Positions 14,988 to 23,695 of a stretch of DNA of 38,920 nt are shown in pieces. Each line of letters begins with the position of its first letter. Position 1 is the first letter of the stretch. Both the position numbers and the translations under genes were made by a program. The notes beneath the pieces are model-generated. The model did no database searches, was not told the origin of the DNA, and saw nothing but the letters and a program-made list of their open reading frames with translations. This stretch comes from Phascolarctobacterium sp. (lineage in GTDB: Bacteria > Bacillota > Negativicutes > Acidaminococcales > Acidaminococcaceae), in assembly GCA_020024105.1 (NCBI GenBank), contig JAHHUH010000018.1:1-38920 (forward strand), written 5' to 3'.

Positions 14988-15500
14988 TTAGAGAATCTTG
15001 GTCATTTCTTCAGCGCTATTTCTCAAGAAATGCTTGGGAGAGGGTTGGGCGTCGGCAGCGGCATAGCCGATGGGGAAAATGGCGATAAGGCCATAGCCGG
15101 CCATTTCCGGACAGAGCACCTGCAGCTGGGGTGCATCAAAATAGCCCACCCAGGTGGTAGCCAGGCCTACGGCTTCAATTTCCAGCATTAGATGGGTAGC
15201 GGCGATGCTGGCATCAACGCAGGCAAAGTTCATTTTATCAGCTTTTCTGGTCCAGGCCAGGCTTTCATCATAGCCCACTACCAAAAATTCATCGGCACCA
15301 AAGGTATAGCTGGTTACCTTACGGATAGCTTCCTTGGCGGCCTCGGACTGCATCCAGAAGATTTTGTAGGGCTGCTTGTTAACAGCAGTAGGAGCAAGTA
15401 GTGCAGTTGTGATAATTCGTTGGATAAGCTTTTTATCAACGGGCTTATCGCTAAATTTTCTGCAGGAATAGCGTTTAGCTGCTAATTCTTTGAATTCCAT
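14988..15500 (-). CDS. Nitroreductase-family oxidoreductase
   Basis: 170 aa. N-terminal ...AAKRYSCRKFSDKPVDKKLIQRII..ALLAPTAVNKQPYK... is typical of the NfsB/nitroreductase fold. Confidence 0.75.
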   Translation of the reverse strand: MEFKELAAKRYSCRKFSDKPVDKKLIQRIITTALLAPTAVNKQPYKIFWMQSEAAKEAIRKVTSYTFGADEFLVVGYDESLAWTRKADKMNFACVDASIAATHLMLEIEAVGLATTWVGYFDAPQLQVLCPEMAGYGLIAIFPIGYAAADAQPSPKHFLRNSAEEMTKIL

Positions 15501-15524
15501 AAATATACCTCCGTTTATATAAAA

Positions 15525-16013
15525 TTATTTTAAAAGGTCGGCAAAGCTCAACGGCAGGAACTTGGTCAGCTCCTGTGGGTTAACCTCGATTTGCAGACCG
15601 ATTTTACCACCGGAAACATAAATGCTTTCCCATTTCTGGGCGCTTTCATCCATATAGGTTGGGAAGACCTTTTTCATGCCGACGGGGGAGCAGCCGCCAT
15701 GGATATAGCCGGTCAGGGGCAGCAGGTCCTTCTGCTTCAGCATTTCTATCTTTTTGACACCAGCTACGCGGGCTGCCTTTTTCAGGTCCAGCTCTGTATC
15801 ACCGGGCAGGCAGAAAACATAGTAGCCATGGTTATTATCCGTGGTTACAAGGGTTTTGAAAAGCCTATCCGCAGGCTGTTCCAGATAACGGGCCACATCC
15901 ACGGCGGCAATGGGACCGTTTTCCGGATATTCACGGATATTATAGGTAATTTTTTCACTATCTAGAATGCGCATGGCATTTGTTTTAGAAATTTTTTTTG
16001 ACATAAATTCCAC
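15525..16013 (-). CDS. ybaK: YbaK-family aminoacyl-tRNA deacylase (Cys-tRNA(Pro) deacylase)
   Basis: 162 aa. ...VKTLV...YVFCLPGDTELDLKKAA...GYIHGGCSPVG... pattern of the YbaK/ProX deacylase domain. Operon with the nitroreductase gene. Confidence 0.75.
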   Translation of the reverse strand: MEFMSKKISKTNAMRILDSEKITYNIREYPENGPIAAVDVARYLEQPADRLFKTLVTTDNNHGYYVFCLPGDTELDLKKAARVAGVKKIEMLKQKDLLPLTGYIHGGCSPVGMKKVFPTYMDESAQKWESIYVSGGKIGLQIEVNPQELTKFLPLSFADLLK

Positions 16014-16175
16014 CCAATTTCTTCCTTGAAAAGTCTGTTTTAGATTTCATAACATAAGTGTAGTCTGCTTTAGGTTTACTGTCAAGAAAACTACTATTAA
16101 ACTCTTAATGATAATATCTACTAGGCTAAAATATGTTACAATAGTAGTAACTAAGGACCCAAGGGAGGTGGGGGA

Positions 16176-16890
16176 ATGGAAAATTTAAATGGAGTAGAAA
16201 TGACACTTTTTGTACCCTTGCTGGGGAGAATTTTTGCCAGTAAGTATTTTCCACAAATTTTTTACGATGCCAAGGCTCTAGCATTGGAGCGGTTAGTGCC
16301 TGCTCACCTGCCCGAAAAAAGAGGGTCAGACGGAATATACTCTGATAGCGGGAGCTGTACGCTCTGCTAATATGGATTCCTATATAGATAGCTTTTTGCA
16401 AAGGCACCCTCAGGGGGTGGTAGTGGAGCTGGGCTGTGGCTTGGAAACAACCTATTGTCGGCATCCCCAAGGAAGCAGTACCTGGTATGGGGTGGATTTA
16501 CCGGAGGTAATTGACTACCGCCGAAAGCTGTTACCGGAGGTAGGGAGGCAGCGGTATGTGGCCAGTGGTATCCTCCAGGAAAATTGGCTGCAGGAGCTGC
16601 GGAGGGAGCATTCCGTGGAACCATTACTATTTACAGCCAGTGGTCTTTTTTACTATTTTTCCCGGGAGGAAGTGGACCAGCTTTTAACTAGGATAGGACA
16701 GTATGGTCCGGCAGAGATTGTTTTTGACGCAATGAATTACCTGGGCTATCTGCTCATTGGTCACTACATGAAGGAGGTAGGGCATGGGGACACGGATGTT
16801 AAATTTTATGTGGATGATATACAGCGGCTGGCCAGCAGGGTAGGTGCTGTGCAGGCGGTAGGGACTGCCTATTATGGGCAAAGGGTTTGA
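16176..16890 (+). pseudogene. Class I SAM-dependent O-methyltransferase (COG3315 / LCM-like) interrupted by a +1 frameshift (ORFs 16176-16370 and 16372-16890)
   Basis: First ORF carries the family N-terminus (TLFVPLLGRIFASKYFPQIFYDAKALALERL). The second carries ...FLQRHPQGVVVELGCGLETTY... (SAM-binding motif I). A stop and a 1-nt offset separate them. Confidence 0.65.
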
Positions 16891-16973
16891 GCCTGTCCAC
16901 CCCCATGTGGGGAGCGGACCACCTGCATGTGGTAAAAATGCTGCATTTAAAATTTAGCTAAGGAGGCAGAAAA

Positions 16974-17621
16974 ATGTGGAAGAAAATTATTATTCTGATC
17001 GCTCTGATACTGGCGGTTTTAGCAGTTAATTCTAATATTATGGTGCGTGATAATGTCAAAAAGATTGATTTTAAAGCAGAAATTAGTACTATGCGGCCCT
17101 GGTGGGTGCCTGAAGGTGTTGTAGGCTGGCTGGCAGTGAAGGAACTGGATGAAGACCTGCGCCAGGCCATTGTTACGGCTGCGGATATACCTCAGGATTA
17201 TTGGGCTAAGACCAGATGCTACTATAACTATGTGGATTTGAATGATGATGGACGGAGAGAGGCACTGGCTGTTTTGATTGGACCCTATACCAGTGGTAGT
17301 GGGGGCAACATGGCAGTGCTTTTGACAGAACAGAAGGAGGGCTGGCAGCTACAGCAGCTGATGACGCTCATCCATACGCCGGTACTGGTTGGCGAAAGTA
17401 AAACTAACGGCTACCGTGATTTGTATGTAGTACGGGCTGGCGGCGGTACGGAGGTAGAGGTTGTACAGCTTAGCTACGGAAAGGATGGAAGCTATACCAT
17501 GGTCAGCAAGGCTCCGGTAGTAAAGCTGTCACAGCAGATGATGGGAACCTTGCTTATGGATAATGACTTGGCTAAGGATGTGGTCAAGGGAGAATGGATA
17601 AGCTTGGAGAGGAAGCAATAA
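16974..17621 (+). CDS. Hypothetical secreted/membrane-anchored protein (N-terminal signal/TM segment)
   Basis: 215 aa. MWKKIIILIALILAVLAV hydrophobic N-terminus. AAGGAGG RBS. Confidence 0.45.
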   Translation: MWKKIIILIALILAVLAVNSNIMVRDNVKKIDFKAEISTMRPWWVPEGVVGWLAVKELDEDLRQAIVTAADIPQDYWAKTRCYYNYVDLNDDGRREALAVLIGPYTSGSGGNMAVLLTEQKEGWQLQQLMTLIHTPVLVGESKTNGYRDLYVVRAGGGTEVEVVQLSYGKDGSYTMVSKAPVVKLSQQMMGTLLMDNDLAKDVVKGEWISLERKQ

Positions 17622-17626
17622 AAAAA

Positions 17627-17677
17627 TAATCCTGTGATGCTGTACGGATAAGGTACAAAATCACGGGATTTTTTACT
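17627..17677 (+). terminator. Rho-independent terminator (AATCCTGTGAT ... ATCACGGGATT plus T6)
   Basis: Read directly. Its arms are near-identical to those of the terminator at 18492-18545. Confidence 0.7.
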
Positions 17678-17736
17678 ATATTGCTTTAGAGGGAATTTAT
17701 ATTAGTATAGCGAATAAGTAGAAGTTATTAGGGTAG

Positions 17737-18465
17737 GTGATAATGATGGATAGAATTCTAGACTTTGAGAACTGGATGCAAGAAAATAGTGTTTTAAGTG
17801 CAAGTACTAGATATAAATATCGTTTAGCGGTGAGCAGTATATCCAAGGACATGTTGCGTGAAGGTGTTATTCATAAAAAATTAATTGATATGAATCTTTT
17901 AGAGTTAGATTTATCCATAGCTAATATAGTCGTAAATCCATTTTTTATAAATAAGAATAAGGTTGGCCACAACATGTATAGTAATAGTTTGAGGCAGTAT
18001 CGCTACTATTTACTATTACACGAAAATGATGTTGATGATAAATCAGAGGAAGCTTTGATTGGAGATGTATCAGAAACAGAGAGGGTTGTTCTATCTAAGG
18101 CTAGAGTTGGGCAAGGTGTATATAGAGATGAATTGTTGAGAAAATACGGTGGTAAGTGTGTAATTACCGGTATAGACCATCCCAAGCTGTTAATAGCTAG
18201 TCATATAAAACCATGGAAGGTAGCTAATAATAAAGAGCGGATTGATGTTAATAACGGGTTATTGCTTTCAGCAAATATGGACAAGCTTTTTGATAGTGGA
18301 CTGATAACCTTTAAAGCTAATGGACAAATGGTAATTTCTTCGTATGTAGGTCAAACTAATAGTAAATTATTGGGGCTTTCTGATGATATGGTTGTAAATC
18401 TTTTACCAACTGCGGATTTGTTAAGATATATGGAATATCATAGGGATGTATTATTCGTAAAATAA
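17737..18465 (+). CDS. HNH_2-type (PF13391-like) HNH endonuclease with uncharacterised N-terminal domain
   Basis: C-terminal ...RVGQGVYRDELLRKYGGKCVITGIDHPKLLIASHIKPWKVANNKERIDVNNGLLLSANMDKLFDSGLITF matches the HNH_2 signature (R..Q..FR..LL..Y...C.ITG....LL.AAHIKPW......NGLLL...HRLFD.G). Probable start ATG 17743. Low GC. Confidence 0.8.
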   Translation: MIMMDRILDFENWMQENSVLSASTRYKYRLAVSSISKDMLREGVIHKKLIDMNLLELDLSIANIVVNPFFINKNKVGHNMYSNSLRQYRYYLLLHENDVDDKSEEALIGDVSETERVVLSKARVGQGVYRDELLRKYGGKCVITGIDHPKLLIASHIKPWKVANNKERIDVNNGLLLSANMDKLFDSGLITFKANGQMVISSYVGQTNSKLLGLSDDMVVNLLPTADLLRYMEYHRDVLFVK

Positions 18466-18491
18466 AAGCAATTTACACCTAAATAAAGGTA

Positions 18492-18545
18492 AAAAATATC
18501 CTGTGAGTTAGTATTAGAGAGTGCAAACTCACAGGATTTTTATTG
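18492..18545 (+). terminator. Rho-independent terminator (12-bp perfect stem ATCCTGTGAGTT/AACTCACAGGAT plus T5)
   Basis: Read directly. Confidence 0.8.
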
Positions 18546-18606
18546 TTTAAATAAATTATAAATGACTTATTTGATGATATAATAAGATCAAGAGATATAA
18601 GAAAGG

Positions 18607-19020
18607 GTGATTTCCTTGAAACATCTGGAGGTTGTAGCTGCGGCTATAGAGTATGATAATAAAATTTTGTGCATGCAAAGAAATAAGGCTAAATATGACT
18701 ATATAAGCTATAAATTTGAGTTTCCTGGCGGTAAGGTTGAGTTAGGAGAAGCAAACCACGAAGCTTTAGAACGTGAGCTACGCGAAGAGATGGATATGGA
18801 TATTAGTATTAGGGAAGAAGATCATATTATTACCGTGGAACATATCTACCCTGACTTTGCTATTACCTTACATACCTTTTTATGTAAGGTAAAAAGTCCA
18901 GACTTTAAGATGAAGGAACATATTTCTTTTCAGTGGCTACCTGTAGAGGAGATGGGCAAATTAGATTGGGCAGCAGCTGATAAACCAATCGTGGAGTATT
19001 TGCAAAAACATAGGAGTTAG
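18607..19020 (+). CDS. NUDIX hydrolase (MutT-like)
   Basis: 137 aa. Nudix box GGKVELGEANHEALERELREEMDM. 3-nt gap to the next ORF (co-transcribed). Confidence 0.8.
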   Translation: MISLKHLEVVAAAIEYDNKILCMQRNKAKYDYISYKFEFPGGKVELGEANHEALERELREEMDMDISIREEDHIITVEHIYPDFAITLHTFLCKVKSPDFKMKEHISFQWLPVEEMGKLDWAAADKPIVEYLQKHRS

Positions 19021-19023
19021 GTT

Positions 19024-21921
19024 ATGAATAAAGCAGAATTACAAATCTGTTTGGAAGCAGGCTTTATAGATTTTAATATTGATACAGATGAGCGTACTTT
19101 ACCTAAGATTCTAACCAATAATCAAGAGGAAAAAGTTAAAGTTTTAGACTCTTTGTTATATGAATTAAAAAATTGTGATGAATTTTTCTTTTCAGTAGCT
19201 TTTGTTACTAATAGTGGTGTAGCTTGTTTAATAGACATTTTAAATGAACTTAAAAATAAGAATATTAAGGGTAAAATACTAGCTTCCCAATATCAAAACT
19301 TTACAGAGCCTAGGGCTTTGAGAAGATTATTACAGTTTCCTAATTTAGAATTAAAAATTATCACAGCGGATTATAATTTCCACGCTAAAGGGTACCTATT
19401 TCATAAAAAAGCAAATTCTGAGCTTCAGCAAGAAGATAATTATAACATGATTATTGGAAGTAGTAATCTTACGCAAACAGCATTAACCATAAATCGTGAG
19501 TGGAATGTACAGCTTTCTTCCTTAAAGAATGGTGCTTTAATTAAGCAAATGCAGAAGGAATTACAACTAGCTTGGAATGATGCTACGGTAGTGGATGAAA
19601 ATTGGATAGCTTCTTATGAGACAATTTATCAGCAGGCTAGAAGTAGCCGTTTAGAGCAGAAACATGCAGTTATTGATTTATACAAAATTAATCCTAACAA
19701 AATGCAGGCTGAGGCATTACAAAGTTTGCAAGCCTTACGTGCTGAGGGAAAGAATAAGGCTCTACTAATTTCTGCTACTGGTACTGGTAAAACGTATTTA
19801 TCAGCTTTTGATGTTAGAGTAGTAAAGCCTAAAAGGTGTTTATTTGTTGTACATCGTAATTTGATTGCGAGGACAGCGAAAAGAAGCTTTGAAAAGGTAA
19901 TTGATAAAAATATCAGTACAGGTATCTTTTCTGGAAATAAAAAAGAAATAGATAAGGACTATTTATTTGCAACTATCCAAACTTTGGAAAAGGATGAAAA
20001 TTTAAAATTATTTGCACCTGATTATTTCGATTATATCGTTATTGATGAAGTACATCATGCGGGAGCGGAAACCTATCAAAAGGTGATGAAATATTTTAAA
20101 CCTAAATTTTTATTAGGTATGACAGCAACGCCGGAGCGTACTGACGGATACGATATTTTTAAAGCCTTCGATTATAATATCGCTTATGAAATTCGTTTGA
20201 ACCAAGCTCTAGAAGAAAATATGCTAGTTCCTTTTCATTATCATGGAATCAGTGAAATCACTGTGGACGGTCAGCTTTTAGACGAGCACACCGACTTTAG
20301 TAAATTAGTTTGCGAAGAACGCGTTAAACACATACTTCACTATGCAGAATTTTATGGTTGTGATTACGGACGAGTTAAGGGATTGGTATTTTGTAGCAGT
20401 ATAGCAGAAGCCGAAGAATTATCAGCAAAATTTTGTGAATATGGGAAAAATGCAACAGTGGTGACTGGTAAAAATTCTGAGGAGTTCCGTTCAGAGGCTA
20501 TTAAACGTTTAGAAAGTGATGTTTTACCTAGAGCTGAGCAGTTGGATTATATTTTTACAGTAGATGTTTTTAATGAAGGCGTAGATATACCCGCTATTAA
20601 TCAAATTGTTATGCTTAGACCTACTCAATCTGCTATTGTTTTTGTTCAGCAATTAGGCCGTGGTTTGCGTAAAAGTAATAATAAGCGTTATTTAGAGGTT
20701 ATTGATTTTATTGGTAACTACGAAAATAATTACTTACTTCCTATTGCCTTATTTGGAGACCGTAGTTACAACAGAGAAAAAGTACGCAAAGCAGTTCATA
20801 TCAATTATATGCCAGGTGCTTCTACTGTTTATATCGACGATATAGCTAAGGAAAAAATTTTTGCATCTCTTAATACAGGTAGAATCAGCTTATTTAAGGA
20901 ATATAAAAAATCCTATGAGTTAGTAAAGTTCAAATTAGGTCGAAGCCCTATGATGATGGATTTTGTCAATTTAGGAGATAAAGATCCTTATTTGTTTGTA
21001 CTTAAAGATGGCTCTTATTTTCATTTTAAGCAGCATGTAGATGTAGATGGTAGTAGAATCAGTGCGATAGCAGAAAAACTGTTAAAATTTATAGGCTTAG
21101 AATTGTGCAATGGTAAGCGTTTGGAGGAAATTGTTATACTTCAAGAGCTTTTGCATAGAGATAGCATTGGTGTGAAAGAGGTTCAACAATTTATGGAAGC
21201 AACTTATGATGTTCCTACCAATGAAGCAAGTATCTTAGGTGCGCTTAATGTTTTACAAATGACCTTCTTTAAGGAAGGGGACGCTAACAAGTATGGCAAT
21301 CTTCCTCTAGTAGAAATGTCATCGGGGAATAAACTTACTTTGACCACAGATTTTAAGGCATTGCTGGTTGATGAAAAGTTTAAATTTTATCTTGAGGATA
21401 GCTTGGCATACGCTAAGTGTAGTTTTTTAGCTACTTATGATAGGAAGAAATATATTAATGGTTTTAAATTATACGAAAATTATTCTCGTAAGGATGCCTG
21501 TCGTATTTTAAATTGGCAACATGATGATAGCTCTACTGTTTATGGTTATCGAGTAAAATATGATACCTGCCCTATGTTTGTCACTTACAATAAACAGGAT
21601 GATATTAGTGCTAGTACTAAATACGAAGACCGTTTCATTTCTCCTAAAGTTTTTAGTTGGATGACTAGAAGTAGGGTAAATATTTTTTCTAAGGAAGTAT
21701 TGGAAATTCAAAAGGCTAAAGTTAGAAAATTACTTTTTGTGAAAAAATCAGATGGTGATGGAACCTCTTTCTATTACATGGGTGATGTTACTACGGAGCC
21801 AGAAAAGTGTATCCAAGAACAGATTGAAGACGATAATGGGAATAAGCTTCCTATAGTTAATATTATTTATAAGATGGATAAATCTGTGGATGAGAGAATT
21901 TATAGTTATTTTGAAGATTAG
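19024..21921 (+). CDS. PLD-family (HKD) nuclease domain plus SF2 DEAH helicase (ResIII/Helicase_C) plus C-terminal DUF3427-like region. Defence-island helicase-nuclease.
   Basis: 965 aa. HKD motif FHAKGYLFHK...IIGSSNLT. Walker A LISATGTGKTYLSA. DEVHH (IVIDEVHHAG). Motif III GMTATPER. Motif VI QQLGRGLRK. The long C-terminal extension matches the size of DUF3427. Low GC. Confidence 0.85.
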   Translation: MNKAELQICLEAGFIDFNIDTDERTLPKILTNNQEEKVKVLDSLLYELKNCDEFFFSVAFVTNSGVACLIDILNELKNKNIKGKILASQYQNFTEPRALRRLLQFPNLELKIITADYNFHAKGYLFHKKANSELQQEDNYNMIIGSSNLTQTALTINREWNVQLSSLKNGALIKQMQKELQLAWNDATVVDENWIASYETIYQQARSSRLEQKHAVIDLYKINPNKMQAEALQSLQALRAEGKNKALLISATGTGKTYLSAFDVRVVKPKRCLFVVHRNLIARTAKRSFEKVIDKNISTGIFSGNKKEIDKDYLFATIQTLEKDENLKLFAPDYFDYIVIDEVHHAGAETYQKVMKYFKPKFLLGMTATPERTDGYDIFKAFDYNIAYEIRLNQALEENMLVPFHYHGISEITVDGQLLDEHTDFSKLVCEERVKHILHYAEFYGCDYGRVKGLVFCSSIAEAEELSAKFCEYGKNATVVTGKNSEEFRSEAIKRLESDVLPRAEQLDYIFTVDVFNEGVDIPAINQIVMLRPTQSAIVFVQQLGRGLRKSNNKRYLEVIDFIGNYENNYLLPIALFGDRSYNREKVRKAVHINYMPGASTVYIDDIAKEKIFASLNTGRISLFKEYKKSYELVKFKLGRSPMMMDFVNLGDKDPYLFVLKDGSYFHFKQHVDVDGSRISAIAEKLLKFIGLELCNGKRLEEIVILQELLHRDSIGVKEVQQFMEATYDVPTNEASILGALNVLQMTFFKEGDANKYGNLPLVEMSSGNKLTLTTDFKALLVDEKFKFYLEDSLAYAKCSFLATYDRKKYINGFKLYENYSRKDACRILNWQHDDSSTVYGYRVKYDTCPMFVTYNKQDDISASTKYEDRFISPKVFSWMTRSRVNIFSKEVLEIQKAKVRKLLFVKKSDGDGTSFYYMGDVTTEPEKCIQEQIEDDNGNKLPIVNIIYKMDKSVDERIYSYFED

Positions 21922-21945
21922 TTATTCTGGTTTAAAACTCTAAAA

Positions 21946-21990
21946 TAAAAAGACTTCTAAAGCTAAGGCTCTAGAAGTCTTTTTATTTAT
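21946..21990. terminator. Bidirectional terminator (AAAAGACTTCTA ... TAGAAGTCTTTT)
   Basis: Perfect 12-bp stem flanked by A and T runs. Lies between the convergent helicase (+) and Fic (-) genes. Confidence 0.8.
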
Positions 21991-22029
21991 TAAATTTATT
22001 TAAAAAAGTGAATTTTTTTTGTGGAGATT

Positions 22030-23259
22030 TTAATTAGCCGCTGCTTTGCCTAAAGCCTCTAAATTAAGCTTATATTTATAGGTTTTCTCTCTTTTATCAA
22101 TAATGATAAATTCTTTAGGAATGGCAGATAATCTTTTTTTGATAGTATTAGTAGCTAAGTTTAATTCTTGAACCAAAATCTGCATAGGTACGCCAGTTGG
22201 CGCAAAAAGTGTTGTTTGTAAGAGAATATAGTAAAGTTGCAGAATGTCCTCAGATGGATTAAATTTGAGGATAATATCATACCAGTTTTTGAGCTGTCCA
22301 AGCTTATTTTCTACATCTTCTAAAGTGAGTTTTAATGATTTTTCAAATAAAGTTAAAAACTCGTTGATAAAATAAGTCAAATCGCCACAGTTTAAAGCAG
22401 AGTTAGTATCTTCAAACATTTTATAATAAATTTTTTGATCATGCTTGATGACTAAAGAAAGGTTTAAGGCTGCTAAGGGACCATAGTCTATAGATAGATA
22501 GTAGGCGGTTATAAAACGGATTGTTCGACCGTTACCATCATAAAAAGGGTGTAAATATGCAAATAAATAGTGAAAAATAGCTATTCTAAGAATACTAGGA
22601 TAGTCATTACTATTGAGTATGGTTAAAGCGTAGTTCATATGTTCTATTAGCTTCTCTTCTGGGTAGGTACCTATATGGAGTATTTTTTGTGTTCCTGTAG
22701 TGATTTCGACAGGGTCCTTTCTAAAAATTTTACCATCCGGCACATTTTTTGGATTTTCTTTAGAAACTTCTGAAACGACGAATTCATCATAAAAATTACG
22801 GATATCCTTACTTTGGGTAAAAGTAAATTTTTTATGCTGGAGAAGTTTGTAATATTTGTTAACAATACTATAAAATCTAGTTTTTTTCTCTTTAGTCTTT
22901 TGTTGAACCTGTGCTAGAGCTTCTTGAATTTCTTTACGAGAACTGCGTACACCCTCAATCTCATTCGTTGCTTGGATTTCTTCTACCATATAGTTAGTTG
23001 TCAATTGGATTAATGCTACTGGTGGTAATTGTTGAATAGCTGCGTTTAGGGATAAATTAAGATTATGTATATTATCCAGTAAAGAAACCAATTCCCTTGT
23101 GTAGCAAAAGAAGGCAGAATAGCTATCTTGGTGATTATATTCTTTTATACTAAAATCAAGGTGTTCAGTAAATGGAGCACGAAATCTTTCTTCGTAGGAT
23201 TGTTTCCAATACTCTCGGTCTGTTTTATAGTAAATTTTTTTTAGTTGTGTGTAAGACAT
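22030..23259 (-). CDS. Fic/DOC family protein (putative AMPylator)
   Basis: 409 aa. Canonical Fic motif HPFYDGNGRTIR. Low GC. Confidence 0.9.
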   Translation of the reverse strand: MSYTQLKKIYYKTDREYWKQSYEERFRAPFTEHLDFSIKEYNHQDSYSAFFCYTRELVSLLDNIHNLNLSLNAAIQQLPPVALIQLTTNYMVEEIQATNEIEGVRSSRKEIQEALAQVQQKTKEKKTRFYSIVNKYYKLLQHKKFTFTQSKDIRNFYDEFVVSEVSKENPKNVPDGKIFRKDPVEITTGTQKILHIGTYPEEKLIEHMNYALTILNSNDYPSILRIAIFHYLFAYLHPFYDGNGRTIRFITAYYLSIDYGPLAALNLSLVIKHDQKIYYKMFEDTNSALNCGDLTYFINEFLTLFEKSLKLTLEDVENKLGQLKNWYDIILKFNPSEDILQLYYILLQTTLFAPTGVPMQILVQELNLATNTIKKRLSAIPKEFIIIDKREKTYKYKLNLEALGKAAAN

Positions 23260-23399
23260 GATGTTCCTCCTTAAGTCAAGAAGTAAATTATGTAATCAAT
23301 AACAATGTCAAAAATAGTCAAAATTGATATTGAAAATATCTTATCTTCATTATGATATCAAAAATGGCCAATTTTGACTAGATGCTTAGGGTAAAAATG

Positions 23400-23599
23400 C
23401 TTTGAAGTGCAAAAATTGGCTTTTTTGATAAGGTGCTATTCCGCTTAATGGAATTGGGAGGGGGAGGAGCGTTGTTACTGGTGAAGCTTTGCCAGGCATT
23501 GAAGCAAAGCTGAGGGCCTTTGCTTAGTTGCTTACTAGGGATGGTGCTACAATATTTAGGCCTATTTACGGTGTACCTTGTAACATCCTTTGCATTTTC
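23400..23599 (+). promoter_or_regulatory. 5' leader of the metF-metH operon (candidate riboswitch/attenuator, class undetermined)
   Basis: About 250-nt untranslated GC-richer leader with internal hairpins (CTTTGC...GCAAAG, GGGAGGGGGAGGAGCG tract) that ends in an intrinsic terminator only 45 nt before the metF ATG. I could not match S-box or T-box consensus by eye. Confidence 0.35.
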
Positions 23600-23651
23600 C
23601 CTGTCCACAAGATAAAGACAAAGCTAAATTTGCGTGGACAATTTTTTTTTG
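23600..23651 (+). terminator. Leader terminator (stem TGTCCAC/GTGGACA plus T9) upstream of metF
   Basis: Read directly. Its placement before the first codon implies conditional read-through. Confidence 0.6.
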
Positions 23652-23695
23652 CTAAAATAAGCTGTATTATATTAATGATAGAGGGGTAGTCAGCT

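Noticed and set aside
17737-17742. GTG at 17737 as the HNH gene start
   Set aside because: ATG at 17743 (MMDRIL...) with an upstream GGTAGGTGA purine-rich stretch is at least as plausible. The difference is 2 codons, so the track coordinates were kept with a note.
23400-23651. Calling the metF leader an S-box (SAM-I) riboswitch or a Met T-box
   Set aside because: I could not find the conserved S-box core (AUGA k-turn, CCCGGCAACC, GGUGCUAAAUCC) or a T-box sequence (AGGGUGGNACCGCG) by eye, so only a generic leader/terminator call was made.
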